Origin: Camelus ferus
Taxonomy: Eukaryota
Assembly: GCF_009834535.1 (NCBI RefSeq)
Contig: NC_045696.1
Location: forward strand, 64,792,001 to 64,856,000
Length of the DNA: 64,000 nucleotides
Direction: 5' to 3'
The translations under genes were made by a program, and so were the position numbers. The notes under the pieces were generated by a model. That model searched no databases. It saw only the letters and a program-made list of their open reading frames with translations, and was not told the origin of the DNA. Below are positions 49,424-61,128 of the stretch, piece after piece; within the stretch, counting starts at the first letter, position 1; every line of letters begins with the position of its first letter.

Positions 49424-49911
49424 TGTGAACGAAAAATACTACAAACCATATCAGTAAACAGAGAATGTTAAAAAAAAAAAAAAAAACCGAAACCCAAAAC
49501 AAAGAATGCTGAAGCCATCAAGTCATCAGCCGCTGCACACCCCCCACAGTGAAGACCAGCCTACAGCCCGAGGGGACTCAGAATAAGAAAGGACAGGATA
49601 CTGGCCCTAGATAGCTAAGTGCTTGTCAAAGGAATGAATTCAATGAGCCCAAATGTTTGCTTCCTCCCATACATAGAAAAGCACTAAATACTTTAACTTA
49701 AGATGCCTGGTTTTATTCAGTTAACAAGTAATCTTTTATTGTTCTGACTACCTGATCTTTGTTGTAAAACTCGTATATATCCTAGCTCCTCCCCTACCTC
49801 TTGGGAGCAGTTTCTCAGAGCCATCTGAGAGGCTGTCATACCGGCTCGAGTCCTCCCGCCAAATAAAACATAACTCTCAACTTGTAGGCTGCACATTTAT
49901 TTCAGTCGACA
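49424..49911 (+). mobile_element. ERV1-class solo LTR inserted into a MIR
   Basis: TG...CA termini, 4-bp TSD gtgg (49420-49423 / 49912-49915), TATA-like tatatat ~49775, AATAAA 49862-49867. MIR sequence on both sides. Confidence 0.88.
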
Positions 49912-50309
49912 GTGGTAATGCTGGAAGCTGAACGCGGGCCAGTGCAGTTGGAATTAACTTGTTAGGCATATATGACAGGGCAGGGGGAAAGATTCCAAGA
50001 CTTTGAAATCTAAGTAACTGAAAAAATTCTAAAATATTTTTGGGTCAGGTCTATATAGAATTGCCTTCTTTTTATTTTGCTCTATGAAGACATTACAAAT
50101 AGGCAAAAACTTAAAAAATGTGACTGGAAACAGCCACTGTCTGTTATTTGTACACGTTTCTAGCAACCCTGAAAAGGCAGAACATAACTAGCTGAGAATA
50201 TATGGCAATTTTTTTAACGTAACATCTTTATTTTTCTCTCATTTCACTGGGGGCTAATGCAACTTTGCTGGTATAAGGGTCCACGTACAAACTGCACTTG
50301 AGGAGCTCC

Positions 50310-50530
50310 TGACAAAGGAGGCCAGAGCCAAGGATTTGGAGCACTGGGCCTGATTTCAGCTCCATCACATTCTATGTATTAGAACCCGAGAAACGCACTG
50401 ATTTCCTTCCTCTGGTCTGCCGTCTCCTCATCTGTATATAATAGGATATACCTTCCTCAGAGGAATTTCAGTGAGGATTAACTAAGAAAATTAAGATAAA
50501 ATTGATTGTGAACTATAAAGCATGGTAAAC
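50310..50530 (+). mobile_element. MIR SINE (degraded)
   Basis: gtctcctcatctgtatataataggatataccttcctcagagg...gtgaggattaa. Confidence 0.7.
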
Positions 50531-50771
50531 ATGCCAATTATTTGATTGTACTCAGGGACTGAATGGAGGTGAGGTGGAAATTCATCCGATGACATGGAAG
50601 CACTGTGGGGCCGCCGTCCTTCCCGTGGAGGGAGGAAGCTTCGGTAACCCAAGTAATGTTTGGTCTCCTGCTGTGTGGCCATCCTTGGTGTGTGGTGCTC
50701 TGGTTCTGGGCCACCATGAACTTATTAAGGCTTCACTTTGTCTCTGGGTGGACGTGTGTGTATTCAAGTGC

Positions 50772-51321
50772 GGGTTTCAGGGATCCTCTGGACGACCCAC
50801 ATGGTCTGTGATTTGCCAGAAAAACACAGGGCTCCGCAAATCGTCCTCACTACCACTGTCTACTGCAGGGGAAGGACACACAGTGGAATCAAAGGGGGAA
50901 AAGACGGGGGTGGGGGGGGAGAGTCCGTAGAAATCCACACCCAGGCTCCAGTGTGACTTCTCCCCTCTGTGGTAGCACCAGTGTGCAAGAAGCTCCCGCA
51001 GAGACAAGTGCGGTACCACGGTGCCATGCTTCTGCCCAGAGAAGTCCATTCGTGCGCGCAGGACTGTATTGTGGGACTGGTCCCATGGGCCCCCTCTGCC
51101 CAGCAGTGACCGACATTCTAGACTGCGGGAAGGCGGGGGGTGTTCGACATAAAAAACGTTATTTGTATAAACTGTCTGTGCAGTCAACCACCTTTATCAG
51201 TTAGAAAATGGAGGGGACACTCTAAAGCCAGGTTCCCGGGTGCCAGCCGAGGGCCAGCCTTGCAAGCCAGCCTTTCCAGGGACAGTAGCCTCAGGCATGT
51301 TTTATTAAGTTTTTTCCATAC
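50772..51321 (-). mobile_element. MER21-like LTR
   Basis: ttatcagttag...gttcccgggtgccagccgagggccagccttgcaagccagcctttccagggacagtagcctcaggc. Confidence 0.8.
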
Positions 51322-51703
51322 GGTGCATCAAACTGAAACACCCTAGCGAAGACTGCTGTGACAGGTTCTGAGTGTGGGCAGCATCTTGGGTTTATTTTAT
51401 CCATATTGTCATAGAATCTCACGTGTCCTCATGAGACAGTGAGAATAATTAATTCTCAGCTTCTGTCTGTATCGGTGGTATTATTTGTATGACATGTTTT
51501 AAAATTTGGGAAGATATTTAAGTCTTTCACTGTTGCCATGCTTGAGTACTTCTTTGAGAAGTTAAGTTTTTCAGTGGACTCACACATCAGAGAACTTTTG
51601 TAACTCCTTAACCAGGTAACTTGCATTTACTTAAACAGAAAGTTCTGCAATGTAAAAATTCTCCCATCACCTTTAGTGAATAATTGGGACTTATTAATTC
51701 TGG

Positions 51704-51979
51704 CTTTATTGAGATGTAAGTGACATGCTGTTGTGTAAGTTTAAGGTGTACGATGTGTTGATTTGATACACTTTGTATTGCAAAGTGATTAGCACCATAG
51801 GATTAGCTAACATCTCCGTCACGTCACATAATTGCCTTTTTTGTGTGTGGTGAGAACATATAAGATCGTCTCTTTCAGTAACTTTCAAGTGCATGATACA
51901 GTATATTTAACTCTAATCGTTGTGCTGTGTATTAGATGCCCAGAACTTTTTCATCTTATACCTGGAAGTTGATGCTCCC
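51704..51979 (-). mobile_element. L1MA9-like 3' end
   Basis: tttattgagat...taagtttaaggtgtacgatgtgttgatttgatac...gctaacatctccgtcacgtcacataattg. Confidence 0.85.
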
Positions 51980-53938
51980 TAAGTGGGACTTAATCTGTTT
52001 GAATTTAGAGGCCCAAAGGGACTTTACATTAATAAACATCCACAGAGATGCTATTGTATTATGTTCAGTAGAAGCTGTAATGCACTGTGTTAAGTATAAT
52101 ATATGTGGTCTCTAATAAGGAAACCCGCGATTAAAAGTCACTGGAGACTCGGCCTTTTCTCGTAAACCTCAGAGCTATGAAAATGAGCTAGAAACTTTTA
52201 CAATTTTCATTTTGCGCTTAAGCTGTACTCTTTTCAGCTGCAGGGCCTTCTCTTCTCCACAGCTAGACCTCTGGGGGGTGCTTTCAGCACCCGCGCTCTC
52301 CTCTTCCACACCTCTCGCTCTGCCCTTGACACGTTCAGACAGACTTACACTCCCTCTCCCCAGTCCACCAGAACGAGCTGCTAACCAGACGTGGAAAGCA
52401 GGGATTCGTTTTGCTAAAGGAAGCAGAACCAGACGCAGGAATAGCAGCTGCCCTAGCTGGGGCCTAAAGGTCTGCCCCGAGGCCCCTCTCCCTCTTCGTC
52501 ATCCTTTCCCGGGATTCCTCATCCTGCCTACAGCTTTGAGAGTAAACGAGCCCCCAGCTGGGGTGGGTCACCCACCATGCTGGCTCAGGAGGATGTCTCA
52601 TGTTCGTTGGAAATGAGACGCACAACTGGTGATGCTGACTTTCCTCAGTGACGAGGTAAACTTGAAGGGTTCGTTCCCCAGAGGTAAAACAGTGGCCAGC
52701 CGTCTCAGTTGATGGAAACAAGGCTTACTTTTCCACCATGGAGATCAGTGCTCATTCCAAAAGGAAGACAGCAGCAAAGACAGCAGTCTGCCATCCAGCC
52801 GGAACGCCTTACAGCACTTTGGTCTGTTCCTTTCTAGTCGTTTTGAAGTTGCAGCCCCCTGTGGACCTGGGACTTTATTAGACTTGCAGTTTGGCCCCTT
52901 TTTATTTAACACAGTAGCCTGGGCGTGATTTCAGGTCTTTGCGAACTGCCCGTATGTCTCACTTCTCATGCCCTGCAAGCTTTTCATAAGCCCTTGTAAC
53001 TGTGGGTTTTGTAAAGTGCGTCTCTTGTATGGTTGGGCGTTTATATTGTTTACATTAAAAAATAGATAATTAATACATATTATCATTTGCAACTTTATAT
53101 ATTAAATTCTTAAAAAAATTCTTTTTTTCTTTACTTTAGGCTGTTTCCCCTGTGAACTCCTAGATCACAAGTTAGAGGCCTTTGTACTGAATGCCCTGAC
53201 AGTGAACGCTCACCTTAGCGAACCTGGGTCATGCCTTCTAGACTAGGCAGATCCGTGTCACAGCCTCTGTCAAGAGCAATTTATCTTCCCATCATTTTAT
53301 TAATATTGGGAATTCTTATTAATTACAGTATTTGTTAATTATATCTTTTTTAATTTGCATTCTTTTGGTTACTAGTGAATTTAAAAATATATCTCTTCTA
53401 TTTTTAAAATGGAACAAAGCCATGTTTTTTATTTCATTCATTCTCTCATTGTTCAATGATCTTTAAAATTGTTTATTTTAAACATTTCACATATGCCTCT
53501 ATTTAGGGTTAGATAGTTGGAAAGTGAATTCAGTTAATCTCTGTTTTATACATTGTAGGGATGAAAACATAATATTTCTTTAAATTGAGAAAAAAGATAC
53601 CACTTGGTATAAAAATATTGGGTAGGGTTTGGTTGACATCAGCTTGTAATTTCCTTATAAATAAACTATAATTTAATCACTGTTAGTCCTTCACAGGAAT
53701 TGCTTGTTTTTCTTTTACTTTAGGATATTTAATAGAATTTGGGTATATTCTATAATATTGATCATTTTTGGTATCACAGTGCCAGTATGTCCAATTTCGA
53801 TGTAAATTTGGCAAATGTGATCCAGGAAAATTCAGTTTGTGTATTTTTATGATATCAGGTCTGTATTTTGTGAATTGGAAAGATGCATGTGGGTTATACT
53901 TTTAACATGTCTTCAACTCTTAAAAGTGTCCCTGTCAA

Positions 53939-54075
53939 GGGGGAGGTTATAGCTCAAGTGGTAGAGCGCATGCTTAGCACACGTGAGGTCCCAGGTTCAA
54001 TCCCCAGTATCTCCTCCAAATAGAAATAAATGAATAAACCTAATTACCTCCCCCTCATCAAACAAACAAACAAAC
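53939..54075 (+). mobile_element. tRNA-derived SINE (vic-1-like) with intact A/B boxes
   Basis: A box tagctcaagtgg, B box ggttcaatccc, (CAAA)n tail. 16-bp TSD aaagtgtccctg(t/c)caa (53923-53938 / 54076-54091). Confidence 0.93.
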
Positions 54076-56805
54076 AAAGTGTCCCTGCCAATGTAATTCA
54101 AACTTCATCTGTTATTTAGAAATATATTTTACAGTGTTCATTCAAAGAAATAACCTATTGTTTACATGATTGCATTTTCCAGGTAAGCTTCAACCTGTGA
54201 AAAAATGTGTCCTTAAAGGTGTATATTTTTTCATACTGATGGCATACTGAGGCAGAGATTGTGGCTCATTGACTTTTAACTGCTCTGCCCCGGCCCATGT
54301 CACTTAGAACAAACAAACATACCAAGTGTTTAATAAATATATGTACTTTGATTGAAAGGGAATGTTAGTAGCAGCACTGTGTGGTTGGAAATGCACAAGA
54401 ATTAAAAAACTCGGCTTCTTATTCAGTTCGAGTCAGATGACTCTGGGAAATTCGTCTCGTCCCTCTGAGCCTCATACACCTTGCCTTGACCGCTAAGTGT
54501 TTTTATCAGAAAGAAGTTAATCAGTGGGAAAGACATTGTCAGTTATATAACATTGTCTAGATGCAAGGTGGTTATTTTTTAGGGGTAAGAAAAAATTGTA
54601 CTTTTCAAATGTTCAGGAGAGAAAGAAAGAAATTCCTTCCCAGTTCCCTCTGCCTTCTATATTAGCTTCAGAAGACAGTTTTGAGCACTGCGCTGGTCAC
54701 TGACAGTGGGAGAAAGATTTCACAGACCTTGAAAGGCACAGTCCCTGAATTCAGAGAGCCCAGAATCCAGTGGGAGAGGACTGGATATTCAGAGGGATTC
54801 GTGCTATTGCTGTAAACACAGCGTCGGGGGCACATGGTAAAGTGATGACTGTGGAGATTCAGAGGGAGATACAAGAGCTTCTGACACTTGCTGGACGTGG
54901 GGCATGTGGTCCGCTTTGGGGTCTAATAACAGTAGGTTCGTGTGACATTTGTTTGATGGTGGGCCCCACAGTTCTGATCCATGCGTCTTTTATTCTTCTA
55001 TTTTTTCACATTTGAGTTTTGTCATACTGGCCATGCGGCACATTTGTGTGTCATTTGTTATTATAAATATATAAGACATGTAAAATATGGACATAACAGA
55101 TATGTTATATAACATTTATAACATATAAAATAGTGGAGCAGTTTTAATCCAGAAAACCTCAGTTTCTTGCATTTGATGCTCAAACCATCTGTTTAGAGAC
55201 ACTCCTCTCCCCCTGCCCCCAAAGCAGCTTTTACAGATGCTGTTTTGATGGGTTGGGACTTTTATATCATTGGCTACTTCTTATGGGTTTAAAAATCCCT
55301 TTTTCCCCTTCTTTTGCTGCTCGCTCCAAAGCAAAATTGTCCGCAAATGTCTCCTCTGAGGATCTGTCCTAAATTCATTGGAGGAATCTGCAGGTTCCTG
55401 CTACAGTCCCAGTCGACTTTGCTGAGAAGCTCCTGTCCCAGAGTGGGAGGGGGAAAACACTGTAAACAGGCTGCAGGGGTTGGAAGGAGAGAACCAGTTC
55501 TCTCTCCCGAGAGTGGTTCCATTCGGCAAGGGCTTTCATGGTAACCGTGCAGAACTTGCCTTTGGGGACAGGAATGTTGACAGTGATGCAAGAACAGCAG
55601 GAGGGAAGGACCTTGTCGAACCTGGGGAGAGGTAAGAGTGGTTATTGGAACAGGAAACACAGAGTTTATCACAGTCCAGCTTCCGCTTACTCCCTACACA
55701 TACTTGTACTCGAACTAGTTTTCTGCCCAGCATTTTGCATTATCAGGACCACCCATCAGTGAGTTTGTACTTTTCTCAGGAAATTGAATTTATTCATTGT
55801 TAAGCCTAAGCAGTTTAAGATGGATGTAAGTCTAAGGTAAAGCTCGTGTCTGGCTTGGGTGACTGTGCTGTTGTCCCTCCGACTGCGTGGATACTTCAGA
55901 GCTGCTCAGGGCAAGCGTTCAGTTCTCCTAGGAACGTGAAGAAACCCTACTCCTTAAACGGTCTCCTGTGGTCAAGCGTGGGTTGGATCTGACCAGTAGA
56001 TTGAAGTCTTAATTTGTGATGTGAAGTAGATATTACTTTGAAGATCCAAAGTAGGACTCAAGTCAGTCAATTCTTGCATTCCATAAGCCTTCTTTTCACA
56101 TACGGTTTATTTCACTTCTACGTCAGGATGTAAAATCCTTCTCGGCTCTGGAGAAGGCAGGGGTTTGTAGCCAGCCAGGAGGCCAGCAGGCCCGAGTGTC
56201 TTTCAGTGGACATTCTGAGCTTTACTGTCGTTCGTCTGGCTCAGTTCTGAGCCTTTGGGTGAAGCTCAGACTGGGAATCCAGGTAGGTTTCTGAATTTAG
56301 AAAGCACTCTCTCTTCTTGCCCAATTTAAAGATGAATAGGAGGAAATTCGTGTGACCCAAGTGGCTAGTGCGGCTGGTTCTTTTGGGAAGAGAAGTTCAA
56401 ACAAGGAAGTGAAGATTGGAGCATGCTTTTAAATTTTTCTTTGCCTGTATGACCAAAGATTTAATGTTTTCCTTTCTCCTCAAGACCCTAATAGTCATCA
56501 AAGTGTTCCCAGCTCTCTCTGACACCCAAGGTAGAGTTGATTCAGTCTTCCCTCTCACCTTCCCAGTTATTCCTTGTCTTTCCATTATAGCCATGTCATA
56601 AGTGCATTTCTGTCCCCTTACCCTACAGGACTTGAAGGTGGCATTTGGTCTAGTTCATCTTTGTAGCTTAAATATCTTAACACAGGCTTCCTTACATGGG
56701 AAATGCTAAATAAAGGGTTTTTTTTTGTTGTTGTTGTTTTAATGTTAAAATCTTCTATATGATATTCTTTCTTAGTAACTCTCAGAACTCAGAGCTTTCA
56801 ATTTT

Positions 56806-56964
56806 ATTTATTTATTTAAAAAAGATTTTAATATGCTTTTATTGAGTTATAGTCATTTTACAATGTTGTGTCCAATTCCAGTGTAGAGCACAATTTTTCA
56901 GTTACACATGAACATATATACATTCATTGTCACATTTTTGTTTTCACTGTGAGCTACCACAAGA
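56806..56964 (-). mobile_element. Very short L1 3' end, same family as the 36278 copy
   Basis: Reverse complement aligns to ~37190-37320. TSD ttcaatttt (56797-56805 / 56965-56973) at a TTTT/AA site. Confidence 0.92.
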
Positions 56965-59900
56965 TTCAATTTTTAAAAAAATCCACAATCTTACTAGTGG
57001 CAAAAGAATCCTGAGACTTTTTTTTTTTTCACACGTACAGATTATCTTTAGGGTTTGTAAGAACTCTTTAAAATACATAGTACAAGTGTGAGCATCACTG
57101 TATTTTAACCAGTCAGATTAAAGCACATACATCTTCAAAATTAATTTATTTTCCCTTTTGGAAACCATGCAACCATTCTAGAACAATCCATTTTAACCTT
57201 TGAATCACTGCAAACCTCATGCAGAATGGTGCCTTTTTAAAAAAAAAAAAAAAACAAAACAAACAGGTTAAAAATGTGTCTGGTTCCCATGGGAACCAAG
57301 GCCCGGACTGTAGAAGAAACAAAGTAAGAATCATGGTTCTGTGACTGTTGCTCCTGCACAGCATTTTCCAGATCCTTTTATTTTGAACACGGCGTTCACA
57401 ATCAGCAGGTGTGAAACAACTTCATTTGACCAACTCTTATCTCCCAAGTGCCAGGCAATTCATTTGAAATGAAAGAGAATCAGAAAGAGAAGATGCCAAA
57501 TTTTGTGATCTTGCCATTTGCCACTTATAGCAAGACCTGAGGCTTAAATTTTAGATCTGGTGGGAAGTCCATTAACTTTACTGAGTTAGTGAAACCAAGC
57601 AGCCACAGTGTTTGAGAATTTAATTCTGAATGCCTACAGAATGCAAGGAATTATGCTACAAAAATCAGTAAGATGGAAGCCTGTGTGCATGGATTTTATA
57701 TGGTATGGTCTAGAGGAGGAGTGACTGAAGTTCACGGGTACAGGGACCATACTGATATTTCTGTCACTGGAGAATGGTTTACCCGAGTCCCCAGGATACT
57801 TACTAAGCATCGATAGTGGCCAAGACTTGGAGCTAAACAACTGCAGGGTGCAGTCCTTGCCTTCAGTCCTGGCCAGCGAAGAGCGCGCAGACTGGTCCGG
57901 GAGATAGGAACATAAATGAGGTAACACAAACTGGACTCCAGCTGACAGCGTGGGTTTAGGAAGAGCACACGATGAGGTTACAAAGAGGGTCTCTTTCTGG
58001 CTGGAATGATTATACGGGTGCCTGGTGTGGAATGAGTGCTCAGTGAATATTGCTCTATGCATAAATTATTAAGAATAATTTTTAATGTTTTATTAATCAA
58101 AGAGATAGAAAACTAAAAGGGATACCAGTTTTATTATATACAACTAGCCATTTAAAAAGAAAAGAAAATGTTTAGTGCTGATGAAAATACCTTCTGCTGA
58201 GAGAAGTGGAGATGGAGAGAGACATGAAGGAGGGAGAGAGGTCGAGAGGGTAAACAATAAGGATGAACGTAAAACGTTAAATGTTAACGCTAGTTATCTA
58301 CAGATGGTGGGATTTAAGTGATTTCATTTATTCTTTAAATACACCCACTGACATTTCTTATAATAAGCATGTATCACATTTATAATAAGAAAGATTTATC
58401 TTCTGAAAATATTTTTAATGCATTATTCACAGCTATCTAATTGTAATGAGACTCTTTCCACTAGCTCTGCTTGGAACCTGGCTTCTGGTTAAGATGTCCC
58501 TAAGTCACAGCCAAGCTTCTGCCTCCTAATTTCAAACGTGCACTGCGGTGTAACAAATTTGGTTTTCCAGATTATTTTATACATAGCTCTGGAAAGCAGA
58601 GATGAATTTCTGATAACTGGATTGATCTATGTAGCATGATAATAATGCATCTCTAATCTTAGAGTACAATTAAATGTCAAATATTCTGTCTTATTAGGGA
58701 TAGAATTTAATTTAATTGTGAGCCAGTGACTTCACAGTTGATTGTTTGTGTGCTGGACATCTTCTGAGTGTCAGCTGACCCCTTCTTCACAGTGGCATCT
58801 TCCCCTCCTCAGATGTGCAGTAATCAATCACCAGCACCACTTCTTAACTTTGGTGAAGTCCTGGCTGATGTTTGATACCCTTGATTGCTTTCTAGGACCT
58901 TCCCTCACACTGTGAAAAGGGGTTGAACCGTGTAGTCTGGTGAATGTGCTGTTCGCGCTTTGCTGTTTCTATCCTTACTGCCTCTCAAGGAAATTTTCCC
59001 ACTTTTTCGTACTGAATTTCCAAAATGCAACATCCTTTGTATCCTCCCACTCCTGTTGAGCCTTGCTTCTTTTTAAGCTTTTGAAGTAGACCTTTCAGTT
59101 GTGAACTTTTGCTTTTTCTTTTCCTTCTTTTATGCATCTCTCTCTCTCTCTCAGTGTGTAATATCCCAACATGACATTTGTACCAGGCAAGCTCCATGTT
59201 CATTTTATTCTGCTGATGAAACAGACAAACCTCTAAATTTTTGTGTGAGGACTGTGGAATTAGAACATGCAAGCTTTTCTTGTTCAGAGAAAGGTGGATT
59301 TGTACATGTTTATCTTTTTGGCAAACCTCGATTAGAAAGGAAGTCATAGACCAAGGGTATTGCACACAGAGAACAAAATCTCCTTGGTCCTGAAGATGTA
59401 TTACTGACACAGATGTCATGCTGTTCTTTTAGAAAAATACTTTGAACTGATAAAGAAATGGAATCTAAGCCTACATTAGTTAAATTTAATCTAAACAAAT
59501 AGGCTTGGTTAACTGACTGATCAAGGCAAAGGTAAATATGAGTGTGAGACTGGAAGACTAATGCTGGGGGCCACTGTGGTGTCAGGACTGGGGCCAAGAT
59601 TCCTGCTTTATTGGTAGAGACCCTCCCCTCTTCCCAACAGGTGGAAGTGGTCACAGATACGTAGTGTCCCCTGACTCTTGGCTAAACAAAAGTTGCAAAT
59701 CTTCCCTGGAGGAAAGCGGCCACAATGACCCTTTTTAAGTAATATCTTAAACAATTAGAGCAGTTTTACTTCCTCTATTGAATTCAACTCCCTAAGAGAC
59801 AGAGAGATCCTATAATAAGAGATTAGATTGAGCTTTCAATGAAATGTTATCAGTGTCTAAAAAAAGCCATTCTTAATGAGCCTTACCAGGTACAACAAAT

Positions 59901-60452
59901 AATAGACCTAGACTCTCAAGAATCAAGAACTTCATACATTAAAATCATCAGTTTCTGAATATTAAAGAGCTCTGTTTAAAATATTTCAGAAATAAGATAA
60001 AAAACCTTTACATGAAGAAGAGATTTTCAAATGTGACTAAATTTGTTTCCAAAAAGAATCAAATATAAGTTTTAAAAATGAAAAATTTAATTTGAAATTA
60101 AAAATTCAGTGGATGGTTTGCAAGCATATCAGACACAGCTAACAAGAAAATTTGTGAAATGGAGACCATTTATGAAGTGATTACCCAGATTGTAATAATA
60201 ATAATAATAATGTAATATGTATAATATTATAAAGTATGTTATATATTTAGTAATAATATCAATATATAATAATAAGAGAGACAAGAAGATAGAAAATATG
60301 AAAGTTTAAATGATATGGAAGGCACAATAAATATCTAGTCATATCCAGAGTCCCAAAAGAAAATAATACAGGTGATTGAGGGAAAAAAAAACTGGAAACT
60401 GTCTGGATTTGATGCAAGACGTCATGGATACACAAAGGAACATGTGTGCTAG

Positions 60453-60791
60453 TGTCTTCATCCATTCGTTCAGGCTGCTGCAACAAAATACCATGGACTG
60501 AGCAGCCCATAAACAACAGAGGTTTATTTCTTACAGCTCAGGAGGTTGGGAAATTCAAGATCAACGCAGTGGCAGATTCGGTGTCTGATGGGGGCTCACG
60601 TCCTGGTTCACAGATGGCCATCTTCTTGGTGTGTCTTCATGTGATGGAAGGGGCAGGAAGGCTCCAAGGGGGCACTTTTATCAGGGCAGTAAACCCATTC
60701 TTGAGAGCTCCACCCTCATGACCTAGTCACATCCTGAAGGCCCCATCTCCAATGTGTGAATTTGGGGGACATAAATATCCAGTCCATAGCA
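60453..60791 (-). mobile_element. MLT1A-like solo LTR nested in L1
   Basis: TG...CA termini, 5-bp TSD (g/a)ctag, caggctgctgcaacaaaataccatggactg...cagtccatagca. Confidence 0.92.
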
Positions 60792-61024
60792 ACTAGGTAG
60801 GATAATAAAAAGGAATGCACACCTATGCATAACGATACAATAGATTACCAAAGAAATTGTAGTGGAATTAAAGTCCAAAGAAAAAGAGATCTTCAGAGCA
60901 GCCAGAGAGAAAAGACTGATCAGCTGCAAAGGAACAACAATTAGGTAAAGAGAAGGTTTCTCAAAAATAGAAGCTAGGTGTCATTGGACCAATACCGTCA
61001 AGGTTCCGAGAGAACCACAGCAAA

Positions 61025-61128
61025 GTTACTGTATGTAGTCACAACAGCTGTGCACTGAACAACTCCAGGGAGTGCCATTCACACAGACCTGTTTGTATAA
61101 TGCTCCCTGGGGTTAGCCAGTGTGCAGT
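61025..61128. mobile_element. Palindromic hAT MITE (MER91-like) nested in L1
   Basis: Arms ctgtgcactgaacaactccagggag / ctccctggggttagccagtgtgcag around gccattcac. Confidence 0.7.

Noticed and set aside
53939..54016. tRNA-Ala gene calls here and at 10498, 20787 and 30133
   Set aside because: Shared non-tRNA tail, A-rich end, TSDs and broken stems identify them as SINEs.
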